IMG/VR virus record: IMGVR_UViG_3300021168_000030
Location: 1 to 63,841 of that record
Length of the DNA stretch: 63,841 nt
Direction: 5' to 3' (one strand)
From: a virus
Taxonomy: Duplodnaviria; Caudoviricetes
Of the stretch, positions 38,802 to 48,670 are shown one piece after another. A model generated the notes under the pieces. The model worked only from the letters and a program-made list of their open reading frames with translations, had not been told where the DNA came from and searched no databases. Within the stretch, counting starts at the first letter, position 1. The number at the start of each line of letters is the position of its first letter. The translations under genes and the position numbers were made by a program.

Positions 38802-39076
38802 GCCTTAATCTTGGAACTCCGGCTATTGAGGCTATGCGCCGGCTCGGGATGAATTCCGACTGGAAGCACATACGCGAGGCCGTGCTCGAGCAGGCGCGCA
38901 CGAAGATGAACATAGCGTTGGAGTCTCAGCATGGGAATCCCGCTGACGCTTGTGGGTACGCGCGTGCTCTACGTGACATATCCGTTGCCTTTGAGTCGGC
39001 GACAATGGGTGTGCGGGTGAAGAAGCCAGGACTGCCAGGACCTCGGGAATCGCAGGAACAGTCCTATGCCTCTTGA
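38798..39076 (+). CDS. Hypothetical head-module protein
   Basis: Small helical ORF before the scaffold gene. Confidence 0.6.
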   Translation: MSLNLGTPAIEAMRRLGMNSDWKHIREAVLEQARTKMNIALESQHGNPADACGYARALRDISVAFESATMGVRVKKPGLPGPRESQEQSYAS

Positions 39077-40064
39077 TGACAACGACAAATACCAGAATCA
39101 TATCCCTGCCGCAGTTCGGCGGCAGTCGGAGCATGCCGATGAGATCGCCCGCGAGTTGGGGTTTGCCAATGTAGACGGGCCGGCGCCGGCGGATGGCGAT
39201 GACCAAACCCCGTCGGCCGATGCAGCTACTACAGTAGTTGAGCCGTCTGCACCGCCCGCGCCGTCCGACGAGTGGGAGCAGCGCTATCGTACGCTGCAGG
39301 GCAAATACGATGCTGAACTGCCCGCGCTCCGCGGTGAGCTTACATCGTTGCGAAATCTCATCGCGAACATGCAGACGCAGACGCCGCGCGAGCCGGCGCC
39401 GGCCGCCGACACTCCGCATGATTGGGCTGCGCCCAAGGAAGATGTCGAGGCGTATGGCGACGATCTCATCCAGGCCGTGCGCCGCTGGGCGGCCGCGGAG
39501 TTTCAGCCACGGATTAAGAAGCTCGAAGACGAGCTTACGCAGGTGCGCGGCGGTCAGACTGAGATCCGGACTGAGAACGGGCAGCAGCGCGTCATGAACG
39601 CGCTCGACGCCGATCCCGCGCTCGCCGGCAAATGGCGCGTGACTAATGACGATCCAGAATTTATTGCCTGGCTGAACCAGGTCGATCCCTTCGCTGGAGC
39701 GCTGCGTATGCAGCTCCTCCACGATGCCTTTGCCCGTGGCGATGCGGTTCGCACGGGCAATTTCTTTAAGACGTTCATCGCAGAGCATACCGCAGTGACC
39801 CAGCCTGCGGCGGCTCCTGGCCAGACCCCTCCGACAGAGGTCGCGGCCCGGCCGTCGCTGGAAGATATGGCTGCGCCTGGCCGGCTCTCCGGCCCGGCGC
39901 CTGGGAATGGCGGCGCTCCTACAGAGAAACGTATTTGGTCTAACCGCGAAATCAGTGCGTTCTACCGTGACTGCACCAGTGGGAAGTATGACGCGCGCGA
40001 GGCGGATAAGGTCCGCATCGAGGCGGACATATTCTCGGCAGCCGCGGAGGGACGCGTCCGGTAA
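39066..40064 (+). CDS. Capsid scaffolding protein
   Basis: WEQRYRTLQGKY.AE coiled coil; C-terminal I..A..EGRV; directly before the capsid gene. Confidence 0.8.
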   Translation: MPLDDNDKYQNHIPAAVRRQSEHADEIARELGFANVDGPAPADGDDQTPSADAATTVVEPSAPPAPSDEWEQRYRTLQGKYDAELPALRGELTSLRNLIANMQTQTPREPAPAADTPHDWAAPKEDVEAYGDDLIQAVRRWAAAEFQPRIKKLEDELTQVRGGQTEIRTENGQQRVMNALDADPALAGKWRVTNDDPEFIAWLNQVDPFAGALRMQLLHDAFARGDAVRTGNFFKTFIAEHTAVTQPAAAPGQTPPTEVAARPSLEDMAAPGRLSGPAPGNGGAPTEKRIWSNREISAFYRDCTSGKYDAREADKVRIEADIFSAAAEGRVR

Positions 40065-40091
40065 CCGTCTCTCTGAGGGAGTCCTCTTCAC

Positions 40092-41126
40092 ATGCCTATT
40101 TCAGAAACTGGCGCAGGTAGTTTATACGGCGGCGCAAGTAGCTTAGCCCCGAGTCCAGCTTACTCGGGTAATCCGGCGACTGGTTCATTTGTCCCGGAAA
40201 TTTGGTCTGGTAAGCTCATTGAGAAGTTTTACTCCGCGACGGTATTGGCGGCTATTGCCAATACCGACTACGAAGGCGAGATCCGCAACATGGGCGACAA
40301 GGTCAAAATTAGGACCAAGCCGACCATTACGATCAGGCCCTATACCTTGGATCAGAATTTGCTGGTCGATCGGCCGTCTTCGAGCACGGTTGAGCTGCAA
40401 ATTAACTTCGCGTTCTACTTCAACGAAGTGCTCGACGACATCATGGAATTGCAGGCGGATATGAACCTGCTTTCTATGTGGGCGGACGACGCCAGTGAGC
40501 AGCTCAAGATCACGATCGATACGCAGGTGCTGGCTGGTATGGCTGGGTACGCTACCGGTGTTACTGTTAATGGACCCGGTGGCGGTTCTCCGACCAATCC
40601 GCTTGGTACAATCGCCGCTGCGAATGTGGGTGCGGCGGCGGGTAAGATCACTGCGGGTTACAATATGGGGGCCTCCGCCGCACCGATTGCTCTGACGCCG
40701 TCTAACGCCCTTGATTTTATTGTAGATGCCGGAAGTGTGTTAGATGAGCAGAACATCCCGGAAACTGGGCGTTGGATGATCATTCCGGCGTGGCTCGCTG
40801 GTATGATTAAGAAGTCCGATCTGCGCAATGCCAGCATCTCCGGCGATGGCGTATCGCTGATGCGCAACGGCCGGCTTGGCATGATCGACCGGTTCACGCT
40901 ATATGCGTCGAATCTGCTGCCGCTGGGAACGGCTGGTGTCGACCCGACGGCGACGGCGATCTTTGCCGGTCATCCGCACGGACTGACTTTCGCGTCTCAG
41001 ATTAGTAAGGTCGAGACGCTGCGGTCGGAGCAGACCTTCGGTACGCTGTTGCGTGGTTTGCAGGTCTTCGGTGCTCAGATCCTCGACGGCATCGCGCTTG
41101 TCGAGCTTTGGGCTATCAAAGGCTGA
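40092..41126 (+). CDS. Major capsid protein
   Basis: FVPEIWSGKL, NTDYEGEI..GDKVKI, LDEQNIP..GRW, NG.LG.IDRF, RGLQVFG. Confidence 0.92.
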   Translation: MPISETGAGSLYGGASSLAPSPAYSGNPATGSFVPEIWSGKLIEKFYSATVLAAIANTDYEGEIRNMGDKVKIRTKPTITIRPYTLDQNLLVDRPSSSTVELQINFAFYFNEVLDDIMELQADMNLLSMWADDASEQLKITIDTQVLAGMAGYATGVTVNGPGGGSPTNPLGTIAAANVGAAAGKITAGYNMGASAAPIALTPSNALDFIVDAGSVLDEQNIPETGRWMIIPAWLAGMIKKSDLRNASISGDGVSLMRNGRLGMIDRFTLYASNLLPLGTAGVDPTATAIFAGHPHGLTFASQISKVETLRSEQTFGTLLRGLQVFGAQILDGIALVELWAIKG

Positions 41127-41167
41127 TTAGTAACTATAGTAGTGGTGATTAACCTAGGAGAGTAAAC

Positions 41168-41488
41168 ATGGCAGAGACTAAGAAGGTTATGTCGATGAAG
41201 GGAATCATTGGCGAGTTGGCGGATGATATTGAGGGCTCTCTACTGGCTATGCATGCGGGGATGAGGGCTGGCGACCAAACGGCTATCAATACTGCGTCGG
41301 AGGCACTTGAGGATCATATTCGGGAGTTGCGAATTATGGCTGATACTCTTCCGGATCCTGAGCCTCTGCCTCTGCCGCCTATTGTAGGTACTGCGCTTAC
41401 ACCTGTGCCTGAACCTGTGCTTGAACCTGTGCCTGAACCTGTGCCTGAACCTACGCCTCCTCCATCTTCCGAGCCTGCGCCTGCGTAG
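41168..41488 (+). CDS. Hypothetical protein with PEPV-repeat tail
   Basis: AGGAG RBS; 12-bp ACCTGTGCCTGA repeats at 41401-41452. Confidence 0.6.
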   Translation: MAETKKVMSMKGIIGELADDIEGSLLAMHAGMRAGDQTAINTASEALEDHIRELRIMADTLPDPEPLPLPPIVGTALTPVPEPVLEPVPEPVPEPTPPPSSEPAPA

Positions 41489-41514
41489 GAGGTAATTGAT
41501 CGGGAGTTACTTGC

Positions 41515-41883
41515 GTGGCGCTGACAATCGGCGGCCTGCTGACTGAGGCAAGGGGAATACTCAACGATGTAGTCCCCTTGTCCGGCGGCGTCACGCGCTA
41601 TTCCGATCAGGATCTAGTCGCGGCGTTTAACGACGCGCTGCTGCAGGCCCGGGGTAAGCGGCCCGATCTATTTTTATCGATGGGACTTCGCAATCCGGTT
41701 CCTCAGTATGTGATGCCTTATGACGCCAATACGGTGTTTCCGCTCGATCCAATGGTCTATCCAGCCTTTAAGTATTACGTCGTTGGGTTGTCAGAGCTAC
41801 GTGAAGACACCTTCGCGGATGATGGGCGTGCGACCACGCTGATGAACAAATTCGCTAGTCAGCTCCTACAGGTAGCGAGCTGA
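41515..41883 (+). CDS. Head-tail adaptor-like protein
   Basis: AR.ILND...RYSD..L...NDA......RPDLF pattern; GTG start. Confidence 0.7.
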   Translation: MALTIGGLLTEARGILNDVVPLSGGVTRYSDQDLVAAFNDALLQARGKRPDLFLSMGLRNPVPQYVMPYDANTVFPLDPMVYPAFKYYVVGLSELREDTFADDGRATTLMNKFASQLLQVAS

Positions 41884-42533
41884 TGGCAGCGACGGTAACT
41901 CCGACGTATGATCTGACGATTGCTACCGGCCCTAGCCCGGATTTGCAGCGGCTCTACGACAACGTGCAGGCCGGCGTGCCGGCGGTCGCACTCCCGCTGA
42001 TCACGCTCCAAACATGGAATACGATCGAGGAGTTTTACCTGCGCTCGACTGTGCGGCGCGCGGAAGTCATCTGGACGATGGGGCCCGGCGCAAATACGGT
42101 TGACTTCAACCCATTCGACGAGGATTGGCTGGTCGCCTGGATATTGGATCTAGGCCCTGCATACGGCGTGCCGAATCTTCCCTCTAGCACGAGTGTCTCC
42201 GGATATGATCTCAGGGTCTACCCACCTGCTGTGTTGCGGGATATCCATAATCCCGTCTCTACTCAGACTCGAACCGGCGGCGCGCTGCTGGCGCTGAAGC
42301 CGGTCAGCCTCGACATTGAGTTTCCATCGGAGCTGTGGATGCATTGGTTCGATGTCATCCTCGATGGCGTGCTAGCCCGGCTGTATGGGATGCCGTCTAA
42401 GCCTTTCTCCAATCCGCAATTGGGGACTTATCACAGTACGCGCTACCGCGGCGGTATACGGCGGGCACGTGCCACCGTTAGCGGTGGCCGCTGGTGTTTT
42501 CCTTATTTCTCACGAGGACACAGAAAGCAATGA
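41883..42533 (+). CDS. Adaptor / tail tubular A-like protein
   Basis: EF..RS...R, ALKP, I.DG.LARLY.MP.KPFSN. Confidence 0.7.
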   Translation: MAATVTPTYDLTIATGPSPDLQRLYDNVQAGVPAVALPLITLQTWNTIEEFYLRSTVRRAEVIWTMGPGANTVDFNPFDEDWLVAWILDLGPAYGVPNLPSSTSVSGYDLRVYPPAVLRDIHNPVSTQTRTGGALLALKPVSLDIEFPSELWMHWFDVILDGVLARLYGMPSKPFSNPQLGTYHSTRYRGGIRRARATVSGGRWCFPYFSRGHRKQ

Positions 42534-43051
42534 GCATGAATGGCGCAGTTAAAGTCCACGGTAGGTACGATGTCGTCTGCATTGGGCCGGACGGAAACGA
42601 AAAGTGGCGTGACCACATTGATAACGTGGTTGCTACAATCGGCAAGAATTTTGCTTTGGACACTTACCTAGCCGGCAGTGCCTACACAGTGACCGGTCCT
42701 TTTATGGGGCTCATCAGTTCCGTCAGTTTCTCTGCTGTGGCCGCGGGCGATACTATGGCCTCGCACGCCGGCTGGCTGGAAGCGGGGAGCACCAACGCTC
42801 CGTCGTTTGCCGCGCGCGGCACGTGTGCGTGGAGTGCTGCGGCCGGTGGTTCCAAGGCGCTGTCGGCTAATATCAGCTTCTCGATCACGGCCGCCGGTAC
42901 GGTTCAAGGCGGTTTCATCGTCTTTGGCTCGGGTGCTGTCAATACACTTATGAGCACCGCTGGCGTGCTCTACTCGGCGGGCACCTTCGCTACGGCTAGG
43001 GCCGTTAATAACGGGGACACTCTACAAGTTAGCTACACGGCTTCGATGTAA
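42530..43051 (+). CDS. Virion structural protein (fibre anchor-like)
   Basis: G..KW.D...N.V...G, LYSAG.F...R.V.NGDTL.V.Y; no signal peptide. Confidence 0.65.
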   Translation: MSMNGAVKVHGRYDVVCIGPDGNEKWRDHIDNVVATIGKNFALDTYLAGSAYTVTGPFMGLISSVSFSAVAAGDTMASHAGWLEAGSTNAPSFAARGTCAWSAAAGGSKALSANISFSITAAGTVQGGFIVFGSGAVNTLMSTAGVLYSAGTFATARAVNNGDTLQVSYTASM

Positions 43052-43078
43052 TTTATCGGTTCGGCACCTAGGACTACT

Positions 43079-44107
43079 ATGGCTGCCACCGATATTGAGC
43101 TGTCGATTGGTGGCCAGACCGTTCTGTCGATTGGCGGCCAGACCGTTCTCGATATTGGCGGCACTTCGTCTTTAACAGAAGTCGCGACGGCAGTAGACGC
43201 TGTCAACGCAACGGTTATTTATCGCGTATCTTTGACTGAGGCTGCGGCGGCCGTCGATGCTGTCGGAGCGGCGGTGCTCTATACGGTAACTTTGACCGAG
43301 GCCGCGACGGCTGGCGCCGCCATTAGTTCGACGGCGCCTTTGGTCGAGGCCGCGACGGCCGTTGACGCTATCAGTGCGACGGTGCGCTATGCGGTAGTAA
43401 CCTTAACCGAGGCTGCGACGGCAGTAGACGTTGTAAACGCAACGGCTACTTATAGATTACCTTTGACTGAGGCCGCGGCGGCCGGCGACGCTATGAGTGC
43501 AGTGACCGGCACTGGCTCATTCTTATCAGAAGCCGCGACGGCAGCAGATGCTGTAAGTACTACGCTTATTGGCGCTCCATCCTTAGCAGAAGCTGCGACG
43601 GCCGCCGACGCTATTAGCGTGAAGGTGCTCTATACAGCAGCTTTGACCGAGGCTGCATCTGTTGGCGATGCCGTAAGGCTGATAACTGCGCCGGCTATCG
43701 TAGGTTTGGTTGAGGCTGCAGTTGCCGCCGACGCTATAGATGTGTCAACTGCGTATGCGGCGATTCTGATTGAGGCCGCGATGGCCGGCGACCTTGTAGG
43801 CGCGACGGCTGGGGGTGTTGCAGAGCAATTCGTCATTGCGTTTAGCGGTCTGCTGCCGCCATTGATTACGAATACAGTCAAGGTATCGGCTGATCAGATG
43901 TTTTTGGTGCCATATAAAAGAGCTTCTTCAGGAGGAACACCATTGACCCTGGCTCAGGCAGTAGCTCAGGCAGTAACGCTGGCTCCGACAGTGGTGCCAG
44001 GTCAGACGTTTGTAGTTGGTGGCTACATGTTCTTTGTTGACACTGATGGCGGCTTGAAGATTCGGGCGCCTGATGGTACGGTTATCACTCTAGTAGGGAG
44101 TCACTAA
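43079..44107 (+). CDS. Repetitive fibre-like protein
   Basis: About ten LTEAA.A.DA(V/I) repeats of ~17-24 aa; LSIGGQTV repeats at the N-terminus. Confidence 0.7.
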   Translation: MAATDIELSIGGQTVLSIGGQTVLDIGGTSSLTEVATAVDAVNATVIYRVSLTEAAAAVDAVGAAVLYTVTLTEAATAGAAISSTAPLVEAATAVDAISATVRYAVVTLTEAATAVDVVNATATYRLPLTEAAAAGDAMSAVTGTGSFLSEAATAADAVSTTLIGAPSLAEAATAADAISVKVLYTAALTEAASVGDAVRLITAPAIVGLVEAAVAADAIDVSTAYAAILIEAAMAGDLVGATAGGVAEQFVIAFSGLLPPLITNTVKVSADQMFLVPYKRASSGGTPLTLAQAVAQAVTLAPTVVPGQTFVVGGYMFFVDTDGGLKIRAPDGTVITLVGSH

Positions 44108-44108
44108 G

Positions 44109-44729
44109 ATGTTCTGTAAGTGTCATGTTTGCCGGTCAAGCCGACGGCAAGCTTTATGGCTAACGCCCGTCATCTTCTTCGGGATAATGGGTATAACCTA
44201 CGCGGCTTACCAGCCGGGCTTTCTCATCCCTTCGAATAATTTGTCGGACGTGACTGTGGTTGCGACCGCGAGGACAAACCTTGGTCTTGGTACGGCCGCG
44301 GTGAAGGCGGCATCGAACGCCGCGGACGCTACCGTGGCCTCGGTTACTGGTTCCTACACCGTCGGCCACGTGGCGACCTATGCCGATACGACTGGTTCTC
44401 TGCAGGACGGCGGCGCAGCTTCCGTGGCTCCTACAGTGGCACTGGCAGCGACTTCGGCGGGGATTACTCTGGCGTCGACACCTAACCTGACCACCATTGT
44501 GAGCAATACCACGGTAACTTCGGCAACGCTACCGAGCGCCATCACTGTGGGCGCCGGGTTCCGCGAATGCATCAAGGACGGAACGGAAGATTTTAACGCG
44601 CACAATGTCACGCTCAAAAGCACGGCTGGAACGATCGACGGTGTGGCTGCGGCGACTGGAATCGTAATGAACCAGACACACCAAGAGATGTGCGCTATCA
44701 GCGACGGCACCAATTGGTTTGTTGAGTGA
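44109..44729 (+). CDS. Fibre-domain protein with signal-peptide-like N-terminus
   Basis: RR..LWLTPVIFFGIMGITYA-A; NNLSDV...ARTNLGLGTAA fibre motif; C-terminal TLP..IKD..TIDG..SDGTNW. Confidence 0.7.
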   Translation: MFCKCHVCRSSRRQALWLTPVIFFGIMGITYAAYQPGFLIPSNNLSDVTVVATARTNLGLGTAAVKAASNAADATVASVTGSYTVGHVATYADTTGSLQDGGAASVAPTVALAATSAGITLASTPNLTTIVSNTTVTSATLPSAITVGAGFRECIKDGTEDFNAHNVTLKSTAGTIDGVAAATGIVMNQTHQEMCAISDGTNWFVE

Positions 44730-44738
44730 TGGCTCGGT

Positions 44739-45707
44739 ATGCGGAGCTTTTTACTCGCTGCCAGTTTAGCAACAATTATTTTGACTGGAGGCGCCAAGGC
44801 AGCTTATAACGTCCCTAATGTGATCCAGGGCGGGCTCACTGTTAGCGGACAGCTTTTAACGAATGCTGGTTTGGGGCTGGGCGGCTCTGCGACAGGCAAC
44901 GCCTTCTCGTCAATGACATCGAATACAAATACACTATTTCCTTCGACAGCGACAACGACCTATACATTTAGCGACCATTTTGCAGGTCTGCGCGAAATGG
45001 ATCTGTGGAACGATGACTCGGTGGCTACTACGTCGTTCAACTTTTATCAGATGACGGGCACGGGTGCGGCGACATTAGAGGCGTCGCTGGCGCTCGCTGG
45101 CCTGACGTTGGGGAAGAGCATCCCGCTGATCTTGTCGGGCGCGACTTCAGGCACAACCACTGTGCAGGCGCCCGCCGTTGCGTCAGGCACACTGACTCTG
45201 CCGGCGGCCACCGATACCTTGGTTGGCAAGGCGACGACGGATACGCTGACGAACAAGACGCTGACAGACGAGATCAATCAGGAGTTCGAGGTTAGCACCG
45301 CAGCCATCACTTTTACCAGCAATACTACGCTAGCGACAGTTACGGGCCTGTCGCAGGCTTTGACGGCGGGCAAGACCTACAACTGCCATGGCCATCTGAC
45401 GGTCACTGCGGGAAATGCAACTGCGGGAATTAAGGTCGCTATGGTTGGGACGGGTAGTTTGACAGCTACTAGTAGCAGCTTTGTGTTTATCAATCACAAT
45501 GCCGCGGTCATAAATTCAGTGACAACGGAAACTGTTCTTGGAACGGCCGCCGGCACTACTGCAGCGGTAACCGACATTTTCATGGATGGCGCCATTGTCG
45601 TAAATGTTGCCGGGACGATCAATTTTCAGGCGGCGCAGAATGTCTCTAACGCAACCGGCACGACGATCGGTCAAAATTCGACAATGAATTGTGTTCGCGT
45701 AAATTAG
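44739..45707 (+). CDS. Fibre-like protein with signal peptide
   Basis: MRSFLLAASLATIILTGGAKA-A; TLTLPAATDTLVGKATTDTLTNKTLT fibre motif. Confidence 0.75.
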   Translation: MRSFLLAASLATIILTGGAKAAYNVPNVIQGGLTVSGQLLTNAGLGLGGSATGNAFSSMTSNTNTLFPSTATTTYTFSDHFAGLREMDLWNDDSVATTSFNFYQMTGTGAATLEASLALAGLTLGKSIPLILSGATSGTTTVQAPAVASGTLTLPAATDTLVGKATTDTLTNKTLTDEINQEFEVSTAAITFTSNTTLATVTGLSQALTAGKTYNCHGHLTVTAGNATAGIKVAMVGTGSLTATSSSFVFINHNAAVINSVTTETVLGTAAGTTAAVTDIFMDGAIVVNVAGTINFQAAQNVSNATGTTIGQNSTMNCVRVN

Positions 45708-45762
45708 TGATGTTGTTGCTGCTCAATGCGTGTATGGTGCTGATTTTACCGAGGAGTCACTG

Positions 45763-46464
45763 ATGTATATTGGTAGGATTATAAAAGAAACCAACGACAT
45801 CCGCGAGGTCACTATTGACCTGTCGCGGTGGCTCGATCTTGGCGAGCTCGTAGGCCGCGTAAATATTTTGCCGGTGGCGCTGACGACGTTCAACAGCGCG
45901 GTGTTGAACACTGGCACTGGCACTTTCCAGTTAATTGAGGACCTTTCTGTACCGCCGCCGCTCGCTTCGCCGCCTCCGCCCGATATTACGCCGCTGGCTA
46001 TATCGCAAGTGTCTAGCGACGGTGTGAGGGTGCGTATGATGCTGGCCGCTGGGACGCCTGGGCTCGCTTATACAGCCTCAGTGCTGGCGGTCTCTAATTC
46101 ATCACCCCGCCAAAAAGAACTCGACGTTCTGGTGATCGTCGTGGCGTCGCTTAACATACTTCAGCCTTCGGGGCCCCCTCCAATGACTCAGGTTGTTTCC
46201 GGGAATACGGTACTACCGATAGGGTTTTCTGGCCTTGTGGTTGTACAGAACATCGGTGGCGGATCGATCACGATCACGCTCCCCCAGAATCCAACTGTCG
46301 GGCAGGCAGTCCGCGGGGTAGATGATACGGGGAATGCCGGGGTTAGTCCGATCCATTGGCAGAGCGCGGACGGCAGTCCTATCGTCAATCAAGTGATATT
46401 TGATTTCACCGACAACTTCCAGTCTGCGACGTTTACGTGGACTGGCAGCAGATGGAGTCTATAA
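45763..46464 (+). CDS. Fibre-attachment adaptor (no signal peptide)
   Basis: K...DI....IDLS.WL..GE adaptor motif; C-terminal ITLP.NP.VG...D..GNA...PI..W domain. Confidence 0.65.
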   Translation: MYIGRIIKETNDIREVTIDLSRWLDLGELVGRVNILPVALTTFNSAVLNTGTGTFQLIEDLSVPPPLASPPPPDITPLAISQVSSDGVRVRMMLAAGTPGLAYTASVLAVSNSSPRQKELDVLVIVVASLNILQPSGPPPMTQVVSGNTVLPIGFSGLVVVQNIGGGSITITLPQNPTVGQAVRGVDDTGNAGVSPIHWQSADGSPIVNQVIFDFTDNFQSATFTWTGSRWSL

Positions 46465-46468
46465 AGCC

Positions 46469-47800
46469 ATGTTACGCTTAGCTACTACGGTAGTGGTATT
46501 TTTGCTTGGGTTATGGGCTGCACCGGCGCATGCCGATAACCCGGGTGTTTGCCCGGTGAATACGGTGTACGCTGGTCCGGGCAGCGGCGGCGGGGCGGTT
46601 CCTAAGTGTCGACCGTTGGTAGATGCGGATATGCCGGGCGCACTCTCTTCGTTCCCGGATACTTGCCCGGCTGGTACGGTCTATGCTGGCCCGCCTACCG
46701 GCACTCCGTCGGTGGGGACGTGCCGCCCATTGGTCTTCAGTGACATATCTGCGCTGCTGCCGATTCCGAGTACCTGCTTAGCAAACACTATATTCGCTGG
46801 GCCACCCAGCGGTGTCGCGGTGGCGCCGGCGTGTCGCGGGCTGGTGTCGAATGACTTCCCGCCGTCGCTTACGATGGGCGGGGATTTGAGTGGTCCGTTT
46901 CAAAATCCGACGGTTTCTAGGATCCTTGGGAAGGTGCCGGCCGCGTCGGCAACGACCGACACTACCAACGCCAACAATATCGTTAATGGCGTTTTAAACT
47001 CTAGATTGCTGCAAGGCGCTTATCCTGGAATTTCTCAGGCTGGATTTCCGACGCTGACAGTTCCTAATCTAGTTGTCGACTCTACATTAGGCGGCAGTGG
47101 TAATATCGCGATAGACAATAACCATCTCTTCGTTATAAAAAATACTGGTGGCGCGTATTCTTCTGCGTTGTCATTAGATAGTGGTAATAACCTTCTTGTC
47201 GGCGGTGTACTTGCTTCCGGCGGTGTGTATTTTTATTCTAACAATAGGGAGCAAGGGCATTTTGACGGGGGTGGGAATATATTTTTAGGTGGAAATACAG
47301 TACAACTCGGATCGTCGCCTAGACAACTTATATATGCGTCGACTGGTACTCCTGGTTTATATGTCCTTAACTCCCCCGCAAATAGCTATGTTGCGGCGGC
47401 AGACAATGGGACCGTCATCTTACATATATCTACCGGGGAGAACTGCACATATAGCGGTGGCGCGAGCATCGGGTGTTCTTCCGATAAGAGCTATAAAACT
47501 GGAAAGCCGCTAAAGGCCGCCGGGATCGTACCGAGCGCGCAGGCTACTGACACAATGACATCGGCGATCAATGCGCTGACTCCGATTTCTTATACCTGGA
47601 ACGGCGATAAAAATCACCAACAGCATCTTGGGTTCAATGCTGAGGACGTTGGGGCGATATTCCCGCAGCTCGTACACACTAGCCCGGACGGGACTATGAC
47701 CCTTGATTACGCGGGGCTGATCGCGCCGCTGGTCCAGTCGGTACAGGAGCTCTCCGCGCGCGTCGATGCTTTGGAGGCGGCGGCGAAAAAGGGGCCCTAG
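46469..47800 (+). CDS. Tail fibre with S74-type intramolecular chaperone and a signal peptide
   Basis: MLRLATTVVVFLLGLWAAPAHA-D; SSDKSYK...L.P.SY.W...GF.AEDV..IFP.LV...LDY..L..PLV.SVQEL..RV..LE. Confidence 0.85.
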   Translation: MLRLATTVVVFLLGLWAAPAHADNPGVCPVNTVYAGPGSGGGAVPKCRPLVDADMPGALSSFPDTCPAGTVYAGPPTGTPSVGTCRPLVFSDISALLPIPSTCLANTIFAGPPSGVAVAPACRGLVSNDFPPSLTMGGDLSGPFQNPTVSRILGKVPAASATTDTTNANNIVNGVLNSRLLQGAYPGISQAGFPTLTVPNLVVDSTLGGSGNIAIDNNHLFVIKNTGGAYSSALSLDSGNNLLVGGVLASGGVYFYSNNREQGHFDGGGNIFLGGNTVQLGSSPRQLIYASTGTPGLYVLNSPANSYVAAADNGTVILHISTGENCTYSGGASIGCSSDKSYKTGKPLKAAGIVPSAQATDTMTSAINALTPISYTWNGDKNHQQHLGFNAEDVGAIFPQLVHTSPDGTMTLDYAGLIAPLVQSVQELSARVDALEAAAKKGP

Positions 47801-47862
47801 CAACTACAGTTGCTATAGCTTTTCCCCGGTGCTATATACTACAGTAGTGGTAGGAGGTTTTG

Positions 47863-48081
47863 ATGGCTAAAGGTTCAGGTAAACCAGGCATGAAGTCGGT
47901 CGACGAAGCGTCCCGTGGGTCGAACCCGGCGAATAATTCAGGCGGGCATCCCGGCGGGAGCCGGCCGCAGTCACCGATCCCCGGGCCAGCGAGCCCTGGT
48001 ATGCCGATCGCAAGGAAGAAGGCTCTTGCGAAGAAGAATATTCCTGACCGCGGGAGTTCGTTTCCCGGTCTCGTCCGATAG
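47863..48081 (+). CDS. Small basic protein
   Basis: AGGAGG RBS; Lys/Arg/Gly/Pro-rich. Confidence 0.55.
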   Translation: MAKGSGKPGMKSVDEASRGSNPANNSGGHPGGSRPQSPIPGPASPGMPIARKKALAKKNIPDRGSSFPGLVR

Positions 48082-48091
48082 GAGAGTCTCA

Positions 48092-48442
48092 ATGCCCTCG
48101 TTTCAAAATCCGGATGGCAGCTTCTTCGAGGAAGCCACTGGTGATCCGATCATGGTGGTAACAAACCCCACTAGCCCGGTTAAGATGGGGCAGGGGAATC
48201 GGTCGTTGTACGTTAATAATCCGCCAGCGACTTTAGCTATTTGGCTCCCCAATGTGGATACGAACTCGCCGGGTATAGGCAACACCGTCACTATCGGTTT
48301 TTCGGCTGCTCCCACTACGCTTACGTGGGCCGACGCTCGGGGAAATGCCGTAACTGGTCCAAACGCCGCTACTTCGGCTGCTAGCGCGCCTATTTTTCGA
48401 TGGATTCGTGCGCCTGTCAATGCGTGGAAGTTCTGGAAGTAG
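48092..48442 (+). CDS. Small beta-rich structural protein
   Basis: AGGAG RBS; PATLAIWLP..G.TVTI..W pattern resembling fibre domains. Confidence 0.55.
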   Translation: MPSFQNPDGSFFEEATGDPIMVVTNPTSPVKMGQGNRSLYVNNPPATLAIWLPNVDTNSPGIGNTVTIGFSAAPTTLTWADARGNAVTGPNAATSAASAPIFRWIRAPVNAWKFWK

Positions 48443-48445
48443 CCT

Positions 48446-48670
48446 ATGCCCCGCCTTACCCCATCAGGTAAGAAAACCGCGGTCGCCGACGTTGAGGACA
48501 AGCTCAAGCGTCGGTATCCCCGTAATCCGAAAGCAGTTTTCGGCACCCTCAATAAGATCGGCCTCATGAAGGGCAACAAGGCGACTGCGAAGGGCAACAA
48601 GGCGACTGCGAAGGGGGTGAAGGCAACTAAGTCGAATCCATCAGGCAGCACGCAGGACAGACAGAAATGA
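48446..48670 (+). CDS. Small basic protein
   Basis: Lys-rich; 21-bp tandem repeat (KGNKATA x2) at 48568-48609. Confidence 0.55.
   Translation: MPRLTPSGKKTAVADVEDKLKRRYPRNPKAVFGTLNKIGLMKGNKATAKGNKATAKGVKATKSNPSGSTQDRQK

Noticed and set aside
38832-40091. 419-aa minus-strand ORF and similar long antisense ORFs (54705-55628, 26513-27193)
   Set aside because: Shadows of well-supported genes in GC-rich DNA, with no motifs.
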